Assembly: GCF_964355755.1 (NCBI RefSeq) | Contig: NC_092672.1 | Span: forward strand, 6,944,001 to 7,008,000 | Reading direction: 5' to 3' | From: Antedon mediterranea | Taxonomy: Eukaryota > Animalia > Echinodermata | Length of the DNA stretch: 64,000 nt | Part shown: piece by piece, positions 51,733 through 64,000 of the stretch | How positions within the stretch are numbered: position 1 is the stretch's first letter | How the letters are laid out: the number at the start of each line of letters is the position of its first letter | Notes under the pieces: generated by a model | What the model saw: only the letters and a program-made list of their open reading frames with translations | What the model was told of the DNA's origin: nothing | The model's database searches: none | Program-made: the position numbers and the translations under genes

Positions 51733-54700
51733 ATGAATATCGTACAAATGACGATTTGGTTTTTTGGACCATTGTTGCTGGTCATACTGTCAGATTTTCC
51801 ATATTCAAGTTAGTGTGTCTCTTTTAATTATTTATGATGATGTTCACTATGGTTTCTGAATTTTCTGTATATATTACCCTAACTTATTTTTAATGTAGTC
51901 TTTAACCCATATGCTTATATACACTACTGTAGTCAAACGAAATACAGTATTGTAGTTGGCTGTTCTAAGAAAAAAAGATAGTAAAAGTACTGCAATACTG
52001 TACCTCTTGATCCATAAGACTATATAACATGATTTTTTCTAGCACTAGCCTACCTGACTTTGGAAGATGGTACAATAGGCAGAGAAGGCCGAATAGAAAT
52101 TGATGAATATGGGGACTACTCTGGTACTGTCTGTTCTATCGGATGGACTGAACACGACGCTAATCTGTTATGCAAGTTACTTGGTTACGAAGGTGCAGAC
52201 GAACATTTAGTGTACAGATTTGGAGAGGGAACTGGAAATATTTGGTCAGAAATTACTGGGTGCATTGACCGTGATTACGGTACCGAATGTAGTCCTATCA
52301 ACTCAACGGCGGATCCAGAATGTACACATTCAAAGGATGTTGGAGTTGTCTGCTCAAAACGTAAGTTGTAAACTTATATTATATTGATGACCCTAATTGT
52401 TATAGTTTTTATGAACCAAAAACAACATTTTCTTCCCATAAACGTAATTTACAATATTGAACGAATAAGGTATCAGAATGGAGCATATAACAACTTATCT
52501 AGATACATAGTTAACTTTCCTTCTTTGTAATTTAGTGGATATTCGATTAGTTGGTGAAAATTCTAACGAAGGTCGTGTTGAGTTTAAATATCATAGTCGA
52601 TGGTCAGCAACTTGGGATCTACGACTTCCCGAAGCTGATGTAATCTGCCGTTCACTGAACTTTCCTTCTGCTGAGTTTTCGGAATGTGGGATCTTTGGAA
52701 CTGTATACGGCATGTCTTCTTATGGAATTATGTGTTTGGGTAATGAACAAGAAATAAGTGATTGTCGGATTTTCTATAATAGTTGGTATTCCTATTTATA
52801 TCGAGACCATCAATATGGGATTAGGTGTCTAAAAGGTACTGATTTGTAGAATTATAATGAGTACTATATGAAAAAATTTTTTTTTCAAGTTTTGTAAACA
52901 TTCTAACTTTAATTTGAATTAAATCAATTTGAACTTTTACAGATGGAGTAAAACTAACCGGAGGACAAGTTGAGTCAGAAGGACTACTTGAGGTTTATAC
53001 AGCCTCTGAATGGCACACTGTCTGCTTCGAAGAATTTGACCTTGAAGCTGGAATAGTTGTCTGTAGACAACTTAACTTTGACAACGTTTTAGATATAATT
53101 TCTGTCAATTACTCCAGCAATCTAAACGTAACGAGTAACATTTCTTGCTCGGGAACAGAGAATAGATTCGAAGATTGCTCATTCGAAACTGGACCAATTC
53201 AGATGTGTAGAAGTAAAGTGTATTTGTCATGCGGAACAAGTAGGCAATGCAATTCTAGACTGAACTATTTACGTTTTAGTTTTTAGAAATATACATTGTA
53301 TACAAGTATACATTGGTATTTTGTACAGTACTTTCCTTAACAGTTGTTACAATTACTTTATAACTCCGCAGGTGGATTAAGGTTGGTTGATGGCTATTCC
53401 ATGACTTCGGGATATGCTCAGTTATATAATAATGGTACATGGACATACGTGTGCAAATTGGAAGATGAAATGCATCCTTTTACGCATATCTGCCTACAGC
53501 AGCAAACAACCGGTGTACACCTAGCCAGGCATAAATACAACTTCCGTATTAATTATGACGACCCATGCTTAACGTGTAGCCCACTATGGTGCTACAGTTC
53601 AAATGAAAGTCAGTCAACTGCACTTGAGATCAGTTCCGACTATCAGTATTATTATTTAGACAATGTTGACTATGATGAATATATGTTTACCGAATGTGAC
53701 ACAGGTGAGATTATAGCTAGTTTGTGTATACACACACACACATTCTACATTTATTTAGTCATCAATTACAGTACATCATAATTACAGTACAACTGAAAAC
53801 AGAGATCCTGCATATCTGAACAATTACTGAAGAAGACTATACACTATTTAGTATTTCTCTCATGTTGCCTTTAAAGCACATTTTACAGTGCATACAGTAA
53901 CGATTTATTACAAGAAAAAACAATGCAAGGTATCCAATCCAAAACAGCTAGTACGTACGTGAATGGCGGTTATGATATCAATGGATTAGATGTCTCATAG
54001 CCACCCTTACCTCTCCCTTACCTCGTTCGTTTCACTGGAAAGCGTCCCAAAGTAGGCGTTCTACTGTTTCTTTATCTATATATAAATTTACGTAAGGGCA
54101 AAATTCGGTAAATCGCGCGTTTTTTCTAGAATGTTTACTCGATGGTATATAAAGTTGGTTAGAATCTCGGTACTGATTTTAACCACGTGATGTAACCCTG
54201 TTTACTAATTAAATTGAGTTAGATAATTAGTTATTGACAATTAAAACGAATTTAGGTTCAACGATTTGCCCCAAATAGGGTTGTTTTTCGATCGTGGTAT
54301 ACACTGTCTAATGGATGTCCGTCTTGAAAAATACCCACAGACAATAATACGAGGATGCTTCGCATTTTCCTATCTCCTCCTACGATAATTGTTTTTAATG
54401 GCTGAAAACCGGTTGAACAGCTCGAGTACAGCATCATAATGTTGAAGACAGGCCGATTTTCTTTAAAAAATACTATTTTGATAGATTTAATATACGTTTA
54501 TACAAATGTATTGATTTGCGATGAATGGAACATTCCAATCTCTGTTCCACAAGTGTCTATTCCCTCAGGCGTCGTAAAGGCAAGTACTGTATACTCATAA
54601 CAGAAATTCGATCCATTTTTTTTTCAATCTGTGCTGCAGAGGTTGGATATAATTTTTTTTTAACGGATAATGAGCTAGCGTTTTCAGTCGCCGTATATTA

Positions 54701-57700
54701 TGTACAAATCTTTATTATTGCATTTAAACCACCCACATCATCACCCTTCCCTCACTGGTATGGCGCGCCAAGCTGTCATTTATTCAAGCAATAGAGATAT
54801 CTTAGTTTTTAATAGAGATATCTTAGTTTTAAATAGAGATATCTTAGTTAAAAAACTAGCAAAGAAGTGAAAAGGGACACGGATCGACATCATAAACTTT
54901 GTTATATTATTACTGATTGAGAGGGCTACACTACTATAAGAAAACGAAATGTGCATGTCGTAGGGCCCCTCGGGATCGGAAGAGCAGTTTTTATATTATT
55001 TCTGAGAGAGCTACCCTACTGAAAGAAAACGAAATAAATAATTAATAAATATGTGGTGCGCTCTCTCCGAAATAGTATTTTTTCCCTTTCCGATTAATAG
55101 TATATTGTATAAAAGGACGACAGTCGGTTTCATTGCAATGAGTATCGACGTGTTCACGTTTAAATTTATTTTTTGTTTTACAAACATGGAGATAACAATT
55201 CTTCATCTACATCTTCTACTCCTCCTCACTGACTGTACCTGGAATAACAGTACGTATTTTATAAACAATTTTCTAGGCATTGACCGCGAACCAGATAAAT
55301 AAGAGTGAAATTTCTAGAAAAACTAGAGGTATTTCAATTTTGTTTTATCATTCAAAATGATCGGCATTATCCACCAAGCTATTTCACGAAAACTTATTCA
55401 AAATTGTACATAGAAACTTCTATCATCCATAATTAAATAGTGATCAAATACAATGGTTTTTATCTTTATGGAAAGTGTTTATGTGCTCATTATAAACCTC
55501 ATCATTTTTTCTGAAACATTCTGTTTCTGCCTCTGTTCCATTTTATTTCATTATAGCCTCTATATTACAACTGGGACTGCGATGTTAACAATATAGGAAC
55601 TTGATCTTACCTCAGTCACAGCTGGAAAATCGTATTACCCATAAAACACTGAACCGGAAACAAAACTAAGATATCTCTATTAATAGAGATATCTCTATTA
55701 ATAGAGATATCTTAGTTTTAAATAGAGATATCTTAGTTTTAAATAGAGATATATAGAGATATCTCTATTTAAAACTAAGATATCTCTTTTAAAAACTAAG
55801 ATATCTTAGTTTTTAATACAGATATCTTAGTTTTAAATAGAGATATCTCTATTAATAGAGATATCTCTATTAATAGATATATCTCTATTAATAGAGATAT
55901 CTCTATTAAAAGCTAAGATATCTCTATTAAAAACTAAGATATCTCTATTTAAAACTAAGATATCTTAGTTTTTAATAGAGATATCTCTATTAATAAAGAT
56001 ATCTCTATTAATAGAGATATCTCTATTAAAAACTAAGATATCTTAGTTTTAAATAGAGATATCTTAGTTTTAATAGAGATATCTTAGTTTTTAATAGAGA
56101 TATCTCTATTAATAGAGATATCTTAGTTTTAAACTAAGATATCTTAGTTTTAAACTAAGATATCTTTATTTCCGAATAAATGACAGCTTGGCGCGCCATA
56201 CACTGGCATGAGTAGCGTTGTAAAGCCAGTAGAGGATAGGCCTACGGTGCATCAAATCCCCTAAACGCAGAACAACTTTGGTGGGTAGGGTAGGAACCAA
56301 CTTAAGTATGAATTGGCTCTAAGAAACAACTGAAAACCATTAGGCCTACTAATAAAGTTGAGTTAGATAATTTAATTTTTATTGACGATTAAATCGATTT
56401 TATGATTTTCCCCGAATAGAGGTGGTTTTCACAAATTGTTTTACATTATATAAACATACACGTCGTAGTGATGTATCGTTACATGTACTGTACTATTTCA
56501 ATCAACTAGGACGGTGATAGTTTCAACAAAGTATTGCATAGCAATGTTTTACTGTGTTTAGTGACATATTATTTGTAAAACATGAACGAAAATGCACGTA
56601 CAGTAGGCCTACCTGTATAATAATTATGACCGCAGAAAGTTGATACCTGAAGTAAATAATGTTTTTAGTGATGAGTTGTGTCATTTTGTGTTATATTGTA
56701 TACACGGTATACACTGTAAATATTTAAAAATGTATTAAATTAATTGAGAGATTGATTTTTTAATGTTTTACTTAGAGAGAGTACGAATGCAGAACAGAAG
56801 CCATCATGGTCTGGTCGAAGTCTTCAGAAATGGTAATTGGAATTATGTTTGTAATGAACATTGGAACGAGAAAGCCGCCGAAATTGCTTGCAGAGAATTA
56901 CATTTTCTTGGCGTTAAGTCATGGGAGAGTGTTAATAGAACCAGCCTAGTAGTAATTGGTGCTGAGGTGATTCGTTGTCTTGGCACTGAACCAAGTCTGC
57001 TGGAGTGCGAATTTGAAAATGTGATTTGTACAAATGATATTGTACAACTAACATGTTCTGACGGTAATTGATTATAATATATATTCTTTATAAATATACA
57101 CATTGAGGCAAGGGCGCCGTTTATCGTACCTGAAAGAGCTAACAATATCGGCATGGGTTTGAGGCCTAGGAGGCCGACTCGCTCCTTGTTCTGGTGCTGG
57201 AACAACAACGCTAGTCTAGGTTCTGGGACGGCGATTCCATTTGTAACGAACATGTTTTCACACATAGCGTTTCATACATATTTCCTAAAACCTCTCTTGA
57301 CATTTTCAGACTCTCCTTCAGCTACAAGGCCCCTCATTTCTACAATGATCTTCCTCTATCTATCCGCAATTCTTTATCCTTTTCCTCTGTCAAAACTAGA
57401 ATTATGACTTTTCTCAAAACTATGTAATCCTTTTCCAAAATCTAAATTGTAAAATAGTAGATCTAAATAAATATTTATTATATATATTAAATATTTTTGC
57501 TTAATTTAACATTTAAGTTTTTTTCTATATTTCTAATTTTCTTATTCAGATTTTTAGTCTTATGTAATTAAGTATATTTTTTGGTTTTTGTTTTTCTTTT
57601 AATTTTCTGTTTTTGTTGTATTTTATGTATTGTATCTGTTCTGAGGGTCCCAAATGATCAGCAAATGCTGGATGGATCACCCTCATGAAATATGGTTAAA

Positions 57701-60700
57701 ATAAATAAATAAATACATATAATACTTGAGCTGAGACAAAAATTATGCGAAACGCCAACTAAAATAAAACATACAAAAAACAATACCTTGGGCAAGTCTA
57801 GCACAACGCAAGTGAGTTGACAAATCACAAGTGACGGTCCTATTTCTTGCACGACGTAAGCGTCCTTACGCTGCCTCGAATTGGGAACCAATTTATCGTA
57901 TAACAAACAGTTATGCGACGCTGGTACTTCTTGCTAACTCCTCAGTAAAAATAGTAATAAATAATAAAAGAGTTTAATTGACCAGGGAAGAGTTAGTTTA
58001 CTAATTCTTTTTCTGAAATAATTCGTATAGCGAAGAGTACGAATCGAAGAATTATGTAGACGTCGTTACCGTATCCGGATATTCACCCCCTGGACATTTA
58101 CCACCCGGAAAACTACCCCCCGGACAACCATCACCTGGACCACTACCCCCTTAGGACAACTACCCCTTTAGGACAACTACCCCCCGGACAAATACCCCCG
58201 GACAACTACCCCCTTAGGACAACAACCCCCTTAGGACAACTACCCCCCGGACAACTACCCCCCGGACAATTACCCCCTAGGAACAATTACCCCCCGGACA
58301 ATTACCCCCCGGACAACTACCTCTGACACAATACACCCCGTAGGACAACTACTTCCTGGACAATACTCCGAGGGCAAATAATCTTTTAGGACAACTACCT
58401 CCGTAGGACAACTAACCCCTGGACAACTACCCCCGGACAATTACCCCCTAGGAACAATTACCCCCTGACAATTACCCCCCCCCCCGGGTAATTACCCCGT
58501 GGACAACTACCTCTGACACAATACTCCCCGTAGGACAACTACCTCCTGGACCTGGACAATACTCCGAGGGCAAATAATCTTTTAGGACAACTACCTCCGT
58601 AGGACAACTAACCCCTGAACAACTACCACCCAGAAAACTATCCCTTTAGAACAACTACCCCCCGGACGGACAACTACTACCCAGACCATTCAACAACCTG
58701 ACTCTGCAACAGTGTATAATAGGAATTAATAACTATATTTTAATTCGTTACTTTGACGAATTACTATTCATTATTGTAAACAAAAGTAAAAGATTGAACA
58801 TAAATATAGCCTGGTTTAAACTGAAGATTGTCACACATGATCATAAGATAGTCGAACGTATTATATAGTACTCCCTGTATTTACTGTAAAGACTGGGTTC
58901 GCTAATAATAATAATAATTTTTGCGTCAGGACAATGCTTCGATAACCACTGGTCTTAAAAGAATTCATTTTTGTCTCAAATTTGTCATATATGTATTTTT
59001 GTACACTTGAAGAATAATATCACTTTTGATATTTGACCTCAATGTTCACTCACCGAATAAACGGCGATCTTTAAATAAATTCCCCTCAAATAAACGGTGA
59101 TCATGTCACTCCCATGAAACATCATATGGAATTAATAATCGGCGTCTATTTCCATTAGATTATACCTCCTCCCATTGAATAAACAATTTTCTTCCAATAA
59201 ATGTCCACCTAAAAACCACCTAAACAATAAACAGCCCAGGCCGTTTTGTCAATAAATACGGTACTTTAAATCTAGCACATCTAGGGTCTAGCGTGCTGTT
59301 AAACAGAATAATCGGTTAAAAACGGGTGTTTCGAAACTAGAGACCCGAGACCAGAGACCAGAGACCCGAGACCCAATACGAAAAGGGAGACCTAAATATA
59401 CAAAAAGGGAGACCCACGTACGAAAAGGGAGACCCCACTATACGAAAAGGGAGACCCTAATATACGAAAAGGGAGACCTAAATATACGAAAAGGGAGACC
59501 CAAATATACGAAAAGGGAGACCCCACTATACGAAAAGAGAGACCACACTATCGAAAAGGAAGACCCCACTATACAAGAAGAGAGACCACACTATACGAAA
59601 AGGGAGACCCTAATATACGAAAAGGGAGACCCAAATATAGGTCTCCCTTTTCGTATTGGGTCTCGTGTCAGGTCTCGGGTCTCTAGTTTCGAAACACCCG
59701 TTAAAAACAGATGATTTCATTTTTACAGAAACCGGTCCTATATATTTGTCTACTTTTGGATTGGGGGTAGGGGGGTAGTTGACCGGAGGGTAGTTGACCG
59801 GGGGGTAGTTGACCGGGGGGCAGTTGGCCGGAGGGTAGTTATCCTAAGGGGGTAGTTGTCCTAAGGGGGTAGTTGTCCGGGGGGTAGTTGTCCCGGGGGT
59901 TGTTATCCTAAGGGGGTAGTTGTCCTAAGGGGGTAGTTGTCCGGGGGGTAGTTGTCCGTGGGGTAGTTGTCCTAAGGGGGTAGTTGTCCGGTTGGTAAAC
60001 ATCCGGGGGGTAACTGTCTAGGGGGTAGGTGTCCTAGAACCGTTGTTACATCATTATTGTGGTCCGATATTATAAGAACTTGTTCTTTTTTTATTTTAAA
60101 CAGTTGGTATTCGTTTCAAAGGATCTGTGGTAGAATACGCTGGTCGTGTAGAGATATATGAGAGTCATACTTGGTGGACGGTTTGTGATGATTATTGGAG
60201 CATTAATGAAGCAAATGCTGCATGTAGAATGGCAGGTTACTCTGAAGCCATCAAAGCGTATGGTTATTCAGCGTTTGGTGAAGGGACTGATCCAATCATA
60301 GCTAATGACTTTCACTGTAGTGGAGAAGAAGACTGTTTATGGGACTGTCATTCTACTGAACACCGTGATGGATATTGTATACATTATGAAGACGCCAGTT
60401 TAATTTGTTCAACAAGTAAGATGGGGAGATTCAATTTTCTTTTTAAATCCCTATTAAATTTGAGTTTTTATTGTTTATTAATTCTTTTTAACAGAACTTG
60501 TTCGACTTTCCGATGGCAGCCACCCATCTGCAGGTCGTGTTGAAGTATTTATTAGTGGGCAGTGGGGTACAGTTTGCGATGATAATTGGGACATGAACGA
60601 TGCAAGGGTCGTCTGCCGGCAACTGGGTTTTACAAATGCTATTGCATTTTACGGAAGTGCTAGGTACAGTCCTGGTATTGGGTCAATTCACCTTGATGAA

Positions 60701-63700
60701 GTGCAGTGTTTGGGGAACGAAACGGACCTATTACTTTGTAAAAGTTCACGAACTCATGACTGTGAGCACTCTGAGGATGCCTCCGTATCTTGTGCTGTTG
60801 GTATGAAAAAAAAACTAATTTATTTGCTTAATAGTCGAATAATTACACAAAAATGGCGTTTAATTATCCAAATTATTTCAAATTAACATTGTTTAAAGAT
60901 GTATTGTCCCCTAAACATGAAAAATGAAGATTATTAAATCAAACTTTAAATATGCCATCTTGTAGTTTTAACAAAGTTAATTACTTCCGTAGAAAAAAAT
61001 TCACTTATAAAATGACAAAATAAATTGTTAAATTCAATCAAAAACCCATTGGCTGGCAGCCAATTTAACTATTTTTCCTTTAAGGTACAGTTTTTTCATG
61101 TAATTTTTTTTTTCAATCCAATTTTTGGTGGATAACTATTATGTGGCATTAAAATGGCATGTTTCAACAAAAAAAATGTAAAAAATTATTTTTCAGGTGG
61201 GGGACAATACATCTTTAAGTGCCACAGCCAATCTAATTATTTGTACTTCGAACCCTTTTCCTGAAATTCATACTTATTAATTTAGTAGTTTAGTAGACTG
61301 TATTCTAGATCTTTATTGCTTTTCTTTTTGAAGATGTAGGTATGAATACGTTGTTTCCGGCTGAAGGTAAGTTGATATTTCATTGTTTAAAGACAGTTTT
61401 TTTTATAATATCATCTCTATGGTAAAAACTGGTCTAGTCAACATGCATTACCATATTCTCTTCTCGCTGCAAGTTTGTTTATAAAGATAGTTTTACTTTA
61501 TCAATAATGACATTTTGTTTGTTATCATAAGGTTAAAAATATTCTCCCAATTCAATGAATAACAAAATATTCATTATCTGTTTCGTATCTGTTTTATATA
61601 TAATTAATCTAAGCGAGCAGAGAGAGAGAGAGAGAGAAAAATAGCACGTGATGCAAAATTAACCAATCAGATACAAAGATGTTTTATATAGATGTATGAC
61701 CTTAATTATAATTTTACACGTAAAGTTGTTCCTCATGGACTTTTTTTGCAGGTGGTTGTCATGAGAATTGGTTTCCGAGTGACGAGTCCTGCATAACTGT
61801 CATTCAATCTACTACTTATACTAATAACATTTCGAACATTTCCTGTCCTCACGGATCGACATTTCTTTCAGTGCCTATGTCATCAATTCAAACAATAATG
61901 AAATATTTAGGTATACTGTATGATTATGAAGAAAACACTATTAATGTATTACTTTGGGAAAAGGTCTATCCGGAATGTGAATTTCTAATATGGTCGCCTA
62001 AATCTAATAGTTTGAAAAAAGAAGAAATTGCCTGTGCCGAATTAAATATCAGTGCTTACATATGCCAACAAGATATGCCCACAGGTAATTATAACAAGTA
62101 TGGTAATTATTTATTTTATTTTATATTGTGTAATTCATAGTACACATAAACACTATAATGGCGTGGTAATTTAAAAGCACCAGTATAGCGCAGTCGGCTA
62201 AATTGGTGGTAATCACTGCGGCAAATGTTAGTTTGCAACAGAAATTTATTTTTTTGTATATATTTATATACTTTATTTGAATTTAGATAATCATACCACC
62301 TGTCCTGACAACCAGTTTACTTGTACATCTGGAACTTGTATTCTAAGTTCATTACAATGTGATGGAAATTTTGATTGTCCAGATAAAAGTGATGAAGCAC
62401 CACATTGTATCCAAGGTAAACCAAATCATGTCATTTTCTTTTTTTTAGTTGTAAATCTTCATTTACTGTAAATCGTCATTTACTGTAAATCGTATAGCCG
62501 CGATAGAGTATACGGTTTGAAAATACATTTTTTAACTTAAAAAATATAATATTGTATTTCATTAATATGTAACAATGTAAAGGAATAACGTACACGATGA
62601 CGTCATAAAGAATCGTTAGCATAAAAGTAACACTGGTCTAATACTTTATCAAACTAGCATAAGCCAAATAATAAATATATATAAAAATAATATCAACCTC
62701 ATTTTTGAAAGAGTACCGTAGTTCTATTAAACCTTCTATGCAACATTCTATACAAGAGAACAAATATCGCAAACTCTTCGATATTATGCAAATGCAAATT
62801 ATGTATGCAAATATCTGGCTGCAGTGTGGCAAAGATATACATATCTGAGACAACTTATATAATATGTTTGTCTCAGCCTCAATGTAAGTATCCGACCGAA
62901 AGATTTCGTAAATCATTGAATGACATTAAAATTAAATATAAATCAATGATGTTGCGTAGCACTGTGTAAATTATATATAAATCATACTGTAAATTATAGA
63001 AACAGTGCTCATATTCGGAACATGATCTCATAATCGCGTCGAGCATAGCTCATTGGCGAAACATGCATTTCTCCTTGTTCCTTTCGCAAGAAGGAATGTC
63101 TCCTAAATTAGGTTGTCTCAATGGAGGGGTTCTATAGTATCATGAATCCCTCAGCATTCATAAGTTTGTTCGATTTTTACAATTTAAATAAATTTAATGT
63201 TTGTCTCTTGGTTCGTTTTGCACTCAGATTGTTACCAGACGACTGACGGATCTGACTATCGAGGGACACGAAATTTCACAGAAGAGCAAGTGGGTTGTTT
63301 GAAATGGACAAGCCATGCTAAAGGAACTGGTGCAATATATCCAGAAAATTACATTGGTAAAGGTATTGGTGATCACAACTTTTGTCGAAATCCAAACGAA
63401 AGACGCCGGCCATGGTGCTATACAGAGGATTTTTATGAAATTAAAGAGTGTAGAGTTTCAGATTGTGGTAAGTTAAAGTATCAAAAAGGGTAAACCATAC
63501 AGCTACAGATGTTTCAGTTTTAGGTTTTAGGTAGTTTCCGAATATATATACATTTTTTTGTATAAACCAATTTTTTAAAATACATTAGTATTTGGCTATT
63601 TTGACTTCATGACTGGTATTAACGTTAATGCTTTTTTAAACTTTTATTTTATACTTATTTTTATACTTGTAAGGAATGTCCCTGAGAAAATACATCAAAA

Positions 63701-63848
63701 CAACAGTTGAATCCCATTTTAGTTTCAGAACCAGATAATAATTGTCCAATTACAAGCTTCCGATGTTTATCCGGTCATTGTATTCCCTATTCATTTTGTT
63801 GTGATCATAAATCTGATTGTCCGGATAATTCGGATGAAGCAGGTTGTA
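51733..63848 (+). CDS. Second tandem paralog of the SRCR/CTL/kringle/LDLa GPCR (5' part; continues past the window end)
   Basis: Open in-phase exons 51733-51808, 52043-52360, 52536-52835, 52943-53239, 53372-53704, 56776-57063, 60104-60415, 60495-60800, 61334-61366, 61752-62084, 62287-62415, 63228-63467 and 63729-63848. All indels relative to copy 1 preserve frame. The 7TM part is not visible. Confidence 0.9.
54759..56200. mobile_element. TIR DNA element with 6-bp TSD and a palindromic internal array
   Basis: TIRs TATGGCGCGCCAAGCTGTCATTTATTC / GAATAAATGACAGCTTGGCGCGCCATA; CACTGG directly repeated at 54753-54758 and 56201-56206. Confidence 0.85.
57282..57712 (+). mobile_element. 3' end of an L2/CR1-group LINE inserted into the SINE
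   Basis: Encodes [37 protein letters not shown] (ORF2 C-terminal pattern), has a 3' stem-loop and (TAAA)n tail, and is flanked by TSD ATACATAT. Empty site at ~27528-27535. Confidence 0.75.
58070..60041. mobile_element. DNA transposon with subterminal GGACAACTACCCCC tandem arrays (MULE-like), 8-9-bp TSD
   Basis: C-rich repeats at 58080-58685 and inverted G-rich repeats at 59763-60035. Flanks are (C)GTCGTTAC / (C)GTTGTTAC; the empty site CGTTGTTAC is at ~27866 in copy 1. Confidence 0.8.
59324..59699. mobile_element. Nested MITE with 9-bp TSD and internal minisatellite
   Basis: TIR GGGTGTTTCGAAACTAGAGACCCGAGACC; TSD GTTAAAAAC at 59315-59323 and 59700-59708; internal TATACGAAAAGGGAGACC(C) repeats. 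Confidence 0.85.
60897..61214. mobile_element. Complete TTAA-flanked MITE in intron 8 of GPCR copy 2
   Basis: TTAA-AGATGTATTGTCCCC ... GGGGACAATACATCT-TTAA. Confidence 0.85.
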
Positions 63849-64000
63849 GTAAGTAATGTGTTTATACAACCATTGATCAGTTTAATATAGTTTTTTAGTA
63901 ATGTGCCATACTCATCCCTTGAAAAGATGATATCTTTATCATTCTTATTACTTAAAATTGATATAATAGTATCATTCTTAGTTATGTTTCTTTTTGCGTT

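Larger units (their letters stand above)
44757..64000 (+). repeat. Tandem segmental duplication, copy 2 (homologous to ~15884-32420)
   Basis: Collinear homology: MITE, RAD51D last intron, satellite, RAD51D relic, upstream blocks, and GPCR exons 1-13 with their introns. Confidence 0.95.

Noticed and set aside
54076-56510. Helitron-like host element (TCTATATATA start) around the 6-bp-TSD transposon
   Set aside because: The sequence is specific to copy 2, but I found no convincing 3' hairpin plus CTAG end; boundaries unresolved.
59380-59640. Repeat-spacer-like pattern TATACGAAAAGGGAGACC
   Set aside because: Variable parts are only a few bases and the array lies inside a MITE.

Overview
AT-rich animal genomic DNA with spliced GT-AG genes; an echinoderm or other marine invertebrate origin is my inference from gene content. 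I reconstructed five genes exon by exon. (1) A divergent non-alpha nicotinic-receptor-like Cys-loop channel with a very short M3-M4 loop (minus, ~1.1-4.9 kb). (2) MMAB, cob(I)alamin adenosyltransferase (minus, 8478-11382). (3) RAD51D (plus, 11562-16617), head-to-head with MMAB. (4) A 25-exon, ~1770-aa GRL101/LGR-type GPCR (24248-40626) with 7 SRCR domains, a C-type-lectin-like domain, a kringle, 7 LDLa modules and LRRs. (5) A tandem paralog of that GPCR (51733 to beyond the window end), inside a ~29-kb segmental duplication that also copied a GATACA(A) satellite and RAD51D debris. The long YLYLVSVSCICI and TKCVNTYYK ORFs are satellite artefacts. Comparing the two duplicate copies gives filled and empty sites for several transposon insertions. 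The best candidate for an undescribed system is the duplicated mosaic GPCR pair, with one rapidly diverging SRCR-like domain and a possible cryptic kinase-like tail.
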